In this document: piece after piece, positions 60,599-64,000 of the stretch | How the letters are laid out: every line of letters starts with the position of its first letter | Position numbering within the stretch: the stretch's first letter is position 1 | Source: a virus | DNA: 64,000 nt | Direction: 5' to 3' (one strand) | Virus record (IMG/VR): IMGVR_UViG_3300006919_000042 | Location: 1-64,000 of that record | Made by a program: the position numbers and the translations under genes | The notes under the pieces: generated by a model | Databases searched by the model: none | What the model was told of the DNA's origin: nothing | Seen by the model: the letters and a program-made list of their open reading frames with translations, nothing else

Positions 60599-61860
60599 TG
60601 GACGATATACAAAAAGCAAACCAAGCACAACGATTACAAGTACAAGAAAACGTAGAGACGATGTCTAAGGGCGAATCTCTACCCGTTGGCACAACTCGTA
60701 CTCATGGAGGTAGAACTTTCATTAAAACGCCAGGAGGATGGAAATATCATGGTAAAGGAGCTGCAAGTGTAAAGTCAGGTACTGATGCGAAAGCAGCTAG
60801 TACATCACATACATCTTCAGTTGAGAAAGTAAATGACATTACATTTGTGGTTGATATTAAAAGTCAATATGGAACAACTCGTCAAACATATTCAAACGTT
60901 CAAGAAGCGAATAGAGCTAAGAAGCAAGTTGATGATGCATTCAGATCAGGTAGCATCAAATCAACAGGTGATGTAGGTAAAGTACTTAACAGTAGTGGTA
61001 ATTCAGATAAAATATACGGCGATTTATACAAATTGAAATCATAAGGAAAGATCACTCAACAAGAATGGGCTGGAATGAAGAATGACGTTGCTGCTGGAAA
61101 GAGTGAGAAGGTCAATAAGATGATTGCTGCGATTAACACTAAATCTAAGGGAGCTGGTCAAGGAAAGCATATAGGTGATATGACTCCAGCTGACAAACAG
61201 AAGTGGGCAGCTCAATTAGGAGTTGATACTAAAGGCAAAAGTGCATCTCAAATCAATAAACTACTTGTTGAAAAGAATGTCGACAGACAGATTGCTAATT
61301 TCAAAGCAAGTAAGAACGATAAGATGTTGGATGGATTATCTATGGCAGCGAGAATGAGAGGAGATAAAGATTCAGCAGCTCAATATCAAGCTAGAAAAAA
61401 CAGACCTGCAAGTGAACGTAGGCCAGTTGGTAAACGTGAACCAATGACATTCAGAGAGATACTTGCTGACCCTAAAGGGAAAGCGATATTTGAATCAATT
61501 GAAGAATATATTGTTGATCTACGAGATGACCCAACAAGAAAAGAGCATTTAGATGGTTTAAAAGATGCGGTACAAGAACTTGAAAGAGGTAGTGGTTACA
61601 AATACGACATCTCAGAGCAATTAGCAGCAGCTAAAGACAGTAAAACTAAAAGTAGGACTGAATTAGATAGAATCAGATCAGTCTCTCACAATCTATCTGC
61701 TGGAAATCATGCAAGTAGTGCCAATAACTTGACTAGAAAGATAAAGAACCTTCAAAGAGAAGATAAGACGAGACCATCAGGTCAGAAGAGAACACTTCAC
61801 ATTAAAGAATTACAAGCAAAGCTGAAAATTCAGACAGCACTTTATAACGAGAAGAAGTAG
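60598..61860 (+). CDS. Probable internal head protein (paralog) interrupted by an in-frame TAA at 61042-61044
   Basis: IQKA..MSKG-ESLPVGTTR..FIKTPGGWKYH; ORFs 60598 and 61075 are in the same frame. Confidence 0.5.
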
Positions 61861-61901
61861 GTTAGGGACATTTGGTTGATTAGTTGATTGAAGTAGGGAC
61901 A

Positions 61902-61926
61902 TCTTTCGGGACGTCCCTACTTTTTT
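61902..61926 (+). terminator. Intrinsic terminator (whole hairpin and T-run)
   Basis: AGTAGGGAC...GTCCCTACT-TTTTT; the hairpin's 5' arm starts near 61892. Confidence 0.75.
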
Positions 61927-61943
61927 GTTGGTACCTTTACCGA

Positions 61944-62399
61944 ATGAATTTAACCACGAAACAACTTGAGCTCGCTGTGATCAGTTATGAGAAGCAGGCT
62001 GAGCTGAAAAGCGTTAGAACGTCCCTACCATGGGAGTGTGACGTTTTAACTGTTTCAAAAAGTAGGTATGCAACCGAATGGGAGATCAAGAGGTCCCGCT
62101 CAGATTTCAAAAGTGATTTCAAGAAACCAAAGCACATCAAGTTCAAGAGAGGGCAAGGTGGTCACATCAAGTATTTCTGGTTTGTGGTACCTAAAGGATT
62201 GGTTCGTGAGAGTGAAGTACCATCGTATGCTGGCCTAATGTATGTTAATGATGAGATGGTGTGTAGTATAGTTAGAAGACCTAAGCGACTGAAGTGCAAG
62301 AAGATAGGTGATGCTACTATGAGAAAATTGTACAGATCTATGATGTTTCGATTTTTAAAGTTGAACTTCGATGGAATGAAAACAAACTTTTTATTTTAG
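61944..62399 (+). CDS. PD-(D/E)xK nuclease, MmcB-like
   Basis: ECDVL..EWEIKRSRSDFKSD..K, FWFVVP, VPSYAGL. Confidence 0.7.
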   Translation: MNLTTKQLELAVISYEKQAELKSVRTSLPWECDVLTVSKSRYATEWEIKRSRSDFKSDFKKPKHIKFKRGQGGHIKYFWFVVPKGLVRESEVPSYAGLMYVNDEMVCSIVRRPKRLKCKKIGDATMRKLYRSMMFRFLKLNFDGMKTNFLF

Positions 62400-62459
62400 T
62401 TGCATAAGAGATATAACTTAGTTATCTTTATGTCATGTTAATCATTTAAAACCGTAATT

Positions 62460-62699
62460 ATGTTTACCAAAGTAATAGGAAAATTCAAGAAAAGCAGAGA
62501 AGACGAAAGGAACATGGTCATTGCAGGTATTGTCACGACAATAACTGACAACGTAGTACAGTTCACTCACGAAGAGATCGCAGATATTATTCAGAGATCA
62601 ACTGATAGAGTGATTCAAGTACAGAAGGATAGAAGAGCTGCAGTTAGAGCAGAGCTTAATTCACTAAACTCAACAATCAAACAAATACAAAACAAATAA
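62460..62699 (+). CDS. Hypothetical protein
   Basis: Conserved promoter upstream. Confidence 0.6.
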   Translation: MFTKVIGKFKKSREDERNMVIAGIVTTITDNVVQFTHEEIADIIQRSTDRVIQVQKDRRAAVRAELNSLNSTIKQIQNK

Positions 62700-62701
62700 T
62701 C

Positions 62702-63184
62702 ATGAAAACCATAAAAGGAGATTTAATCAAACTAGCACTTCAAGGTGAGTTTGATGCAATAGTGCACGGATGCAACTGTCACAATGTGATGGAAGCTGGA
62801 ATTGCTGCACAGATAAAAAGATACTTTCCAGCAGCATATCAGGCTGATGAGGTGTTTGCAGATGGTATCTCAAACTATAACAAATTAGGATGCTTATCAT
62901 TTGCAGACATTGAGGTTCATGGCGATGAAGATGATATTACTACAGTAACCGAAAGATTCACTGTTGTAAATGCATACACACAATATGATTTGGGACGTAA
63001 TCTTGATGAAGATGCACTAATAATGTGTTTGAAGAAGATTAATCACTACTATAAAGGAAAGAGTGTAGGGTTGCCTCAAATAGGTTGTGGAATTGCAGGA
63101 GGCAATTGGGCAGTAGTTAGTCAACTAATAGATAAATATACACCGGATTGTGATGTCACAGTAGTGATGTACGATCCGAAATAG
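62702..63184 (+). CDS. Macrodomain (ADP-ribose processing) protein
   Basis: KGDL, IVHGCNC..MEAGIA, NAYTQY, PQIGCGIAGGNW. Confidence 0.9.
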   Translation: MKTIKGDLIKLALQGEFDAIVHGCNCHNVMEAGIAAQIKRYFPAAYQADEVFADGISNYNKLGCLSFADIEVHGDEDDITTVTERFTVVNAYTQYDLGRNLDEDALIMCLKKINHYYKGKSVGLPQIGCGIAGGNWAVVSQLIDKYTPDCDVTVVMYDPK

Positions 63185-63189
63185 CATAA

Positions 63190-63400
63190 CAGTGAGGGTG
63201 ATGGATGCAGTAGAACCTGGTCAAGTTCACATCAGGTCTGAAATACGTCTGCTACGATCAACAAAGAGTTCCCTAACAGCCCATTGTGGGTGATTTAATT
63301 ACTCGTTGATTCATGGTCAAGGAAGATTCATCAGGAGAGAGCATAACTTCTAAAGACGTTTTAAGTGAATATTTGCCCCTGAGAAATCAGGGGCATTTTT
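63190..63400 (+). ncRNA. Candidate structured ncRNA ending in a terminator
   Basis: Multiple complementary helices (see finding); terminator TGCCCCTGA-gaaa-TCAGGGGCA-TTTTT at 63374-63400. Confidence 0.55.
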
Positions 63401-63457
63401 ATTGGTGTGAATTCAACTTAGTTTCGTATCTTTGCAACGAATAAAATTCAGAAAAGA

Positions 63458-63826
63458 ATGAAACCACAAGTTAGAAATTCCGGAAATATAAGCACTGGAG
63501 AACATCACTCGTTTGAGTTCAACCTTGCAGATGAAGCTCCGAACAAAAGCATATCAATTCCAGCATTAGGATTCAATCAAGCATCATTGAGTTTACTTAC
63601 AATAGGTGCTACAGGAACAAGTGGTACTGCAGTAGTTGAACAAACAGTAACTAATGGAGGTGTTCAAGGAGCATTGCCAACGCCAGTATCATTGATATTA
63701 GGAGCTGGTGTAAGTTTACAAGCATTCGGAATAGCTTTTAGTGGACAAAATCTTGTGATTGATTTCACACCTTGCACATTTGGGGTTGTTGGGAAGATTA
63801 AGTTTGACGTAGTATTGAAACGATAA
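63458..63826 (+). CDS. Hypothetical beta-rich protein (possibly virion)
   Basis: 122 aa; TATCTTTG -7 box upstream. Confidence 0.55.
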   Translation: MKPQVRNSGNISTGEHHSFEFNLADEAPNKSISIPALGFNQASLSLLTIGATGTSGTAVVEQTVTNGGVQGALPTPVSLILGAGVSLQAFGIAFSGQNLVIDFTPCTFGVVGKIKFDVVLKR

Positions 63827-63851
63827 TAATTTTTAATCCCTACAAGTATCT

Positions 63852-64000
63852 ATGGATGAAGGTAACAACACTATGTTAATCATAGGCGCAATTGCTACGA
63901 TTGTCGGAATAGTAGCAGCACTATTAAAGATTTACTCCGACAATAAAACTCAAATCAGAAAAGCAGCTGAAGTTGAGCAAAGAACGAAAAATGAAATCTA
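63852..64000 (+). CDS. Membrane-anchored coiled-coil protein, 3'-truncated
   Basis: MLIIGAIATIVGIVAALLKIY followed by a charged helix. Confidence 0.5.
   Translation, partial: MDEGNNTMLIIGAIATIVGIVAALLKIYSDNKTQIRKAAEVEQRTKNEI

Noticed and set aside
31310-62429. CRISPR array or mobile repeats
   Set aside because: The repeats are dispersed, degenerate and always upstream of genes; no regular spacers and no cas genes
1-64000. Stop-codon reassignment
   Set aside because: Conserved genes are intact in code 11, and TAA, TAG and TGA all end genes at tight junctions

Overview
This is a 64-kb, AT-rich, gene-dense segment of a large tailed dsDNA phage, with every supported gene on the + strand. The host is probably a Flavobacteriia/Bacteroidota bacterium, judging from TAnnTTT(G) -7 promoter boxes, A-rich leaders without Shine-Dalgarno sequences, Flavobacterium-type QueE/QueD and a Bacteroidota-like tmRNA 5' end. 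Gene order: end of the tail/baseplate module (1-4.9 kb); exonuclease, terminase large subunit, helicase and primase; a 7-deazaguanine DNA-modification cluster (queD, queE, folE, PRTase, dUTPase-fold, DpdL-like/kinase fusion, DpdA-like); DnaE; a circularly permuted two-piece tmRNA; SSB, SbcD, RecA, SbcC and resolvase; an accessory region with rIIA/rIIB, dNMP kinase, RNase H, class II RNR, a probable terminase small subunit, beta-barrels, an HDAC and a GNAT protein; a paralogous family of probable internal head proteins; a macrodomain; and an unannotated structured RNA. Best leads: (1) the minimal permuted phage tmRNA; (2) a probable QueC-independent, nucleotide-level 7-deazaguanine pathway; (3) a phage regulatory grammar made of an AGATA-N9-TATCT promoter dyad, an AAATCGGAA leader box and an antisense UUCCGAUUU RNA; (4) host translation-factor domains (bL12 CTD, EF-Ts-type UBA) fused to phage proteins; (5) an adjacent HDAC/GNAT pair. 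Five apparent 1-nt deletions and one in-frame stop suggest residual sequencing error. All protein calls come from motif recognition by eye; no database search was run.
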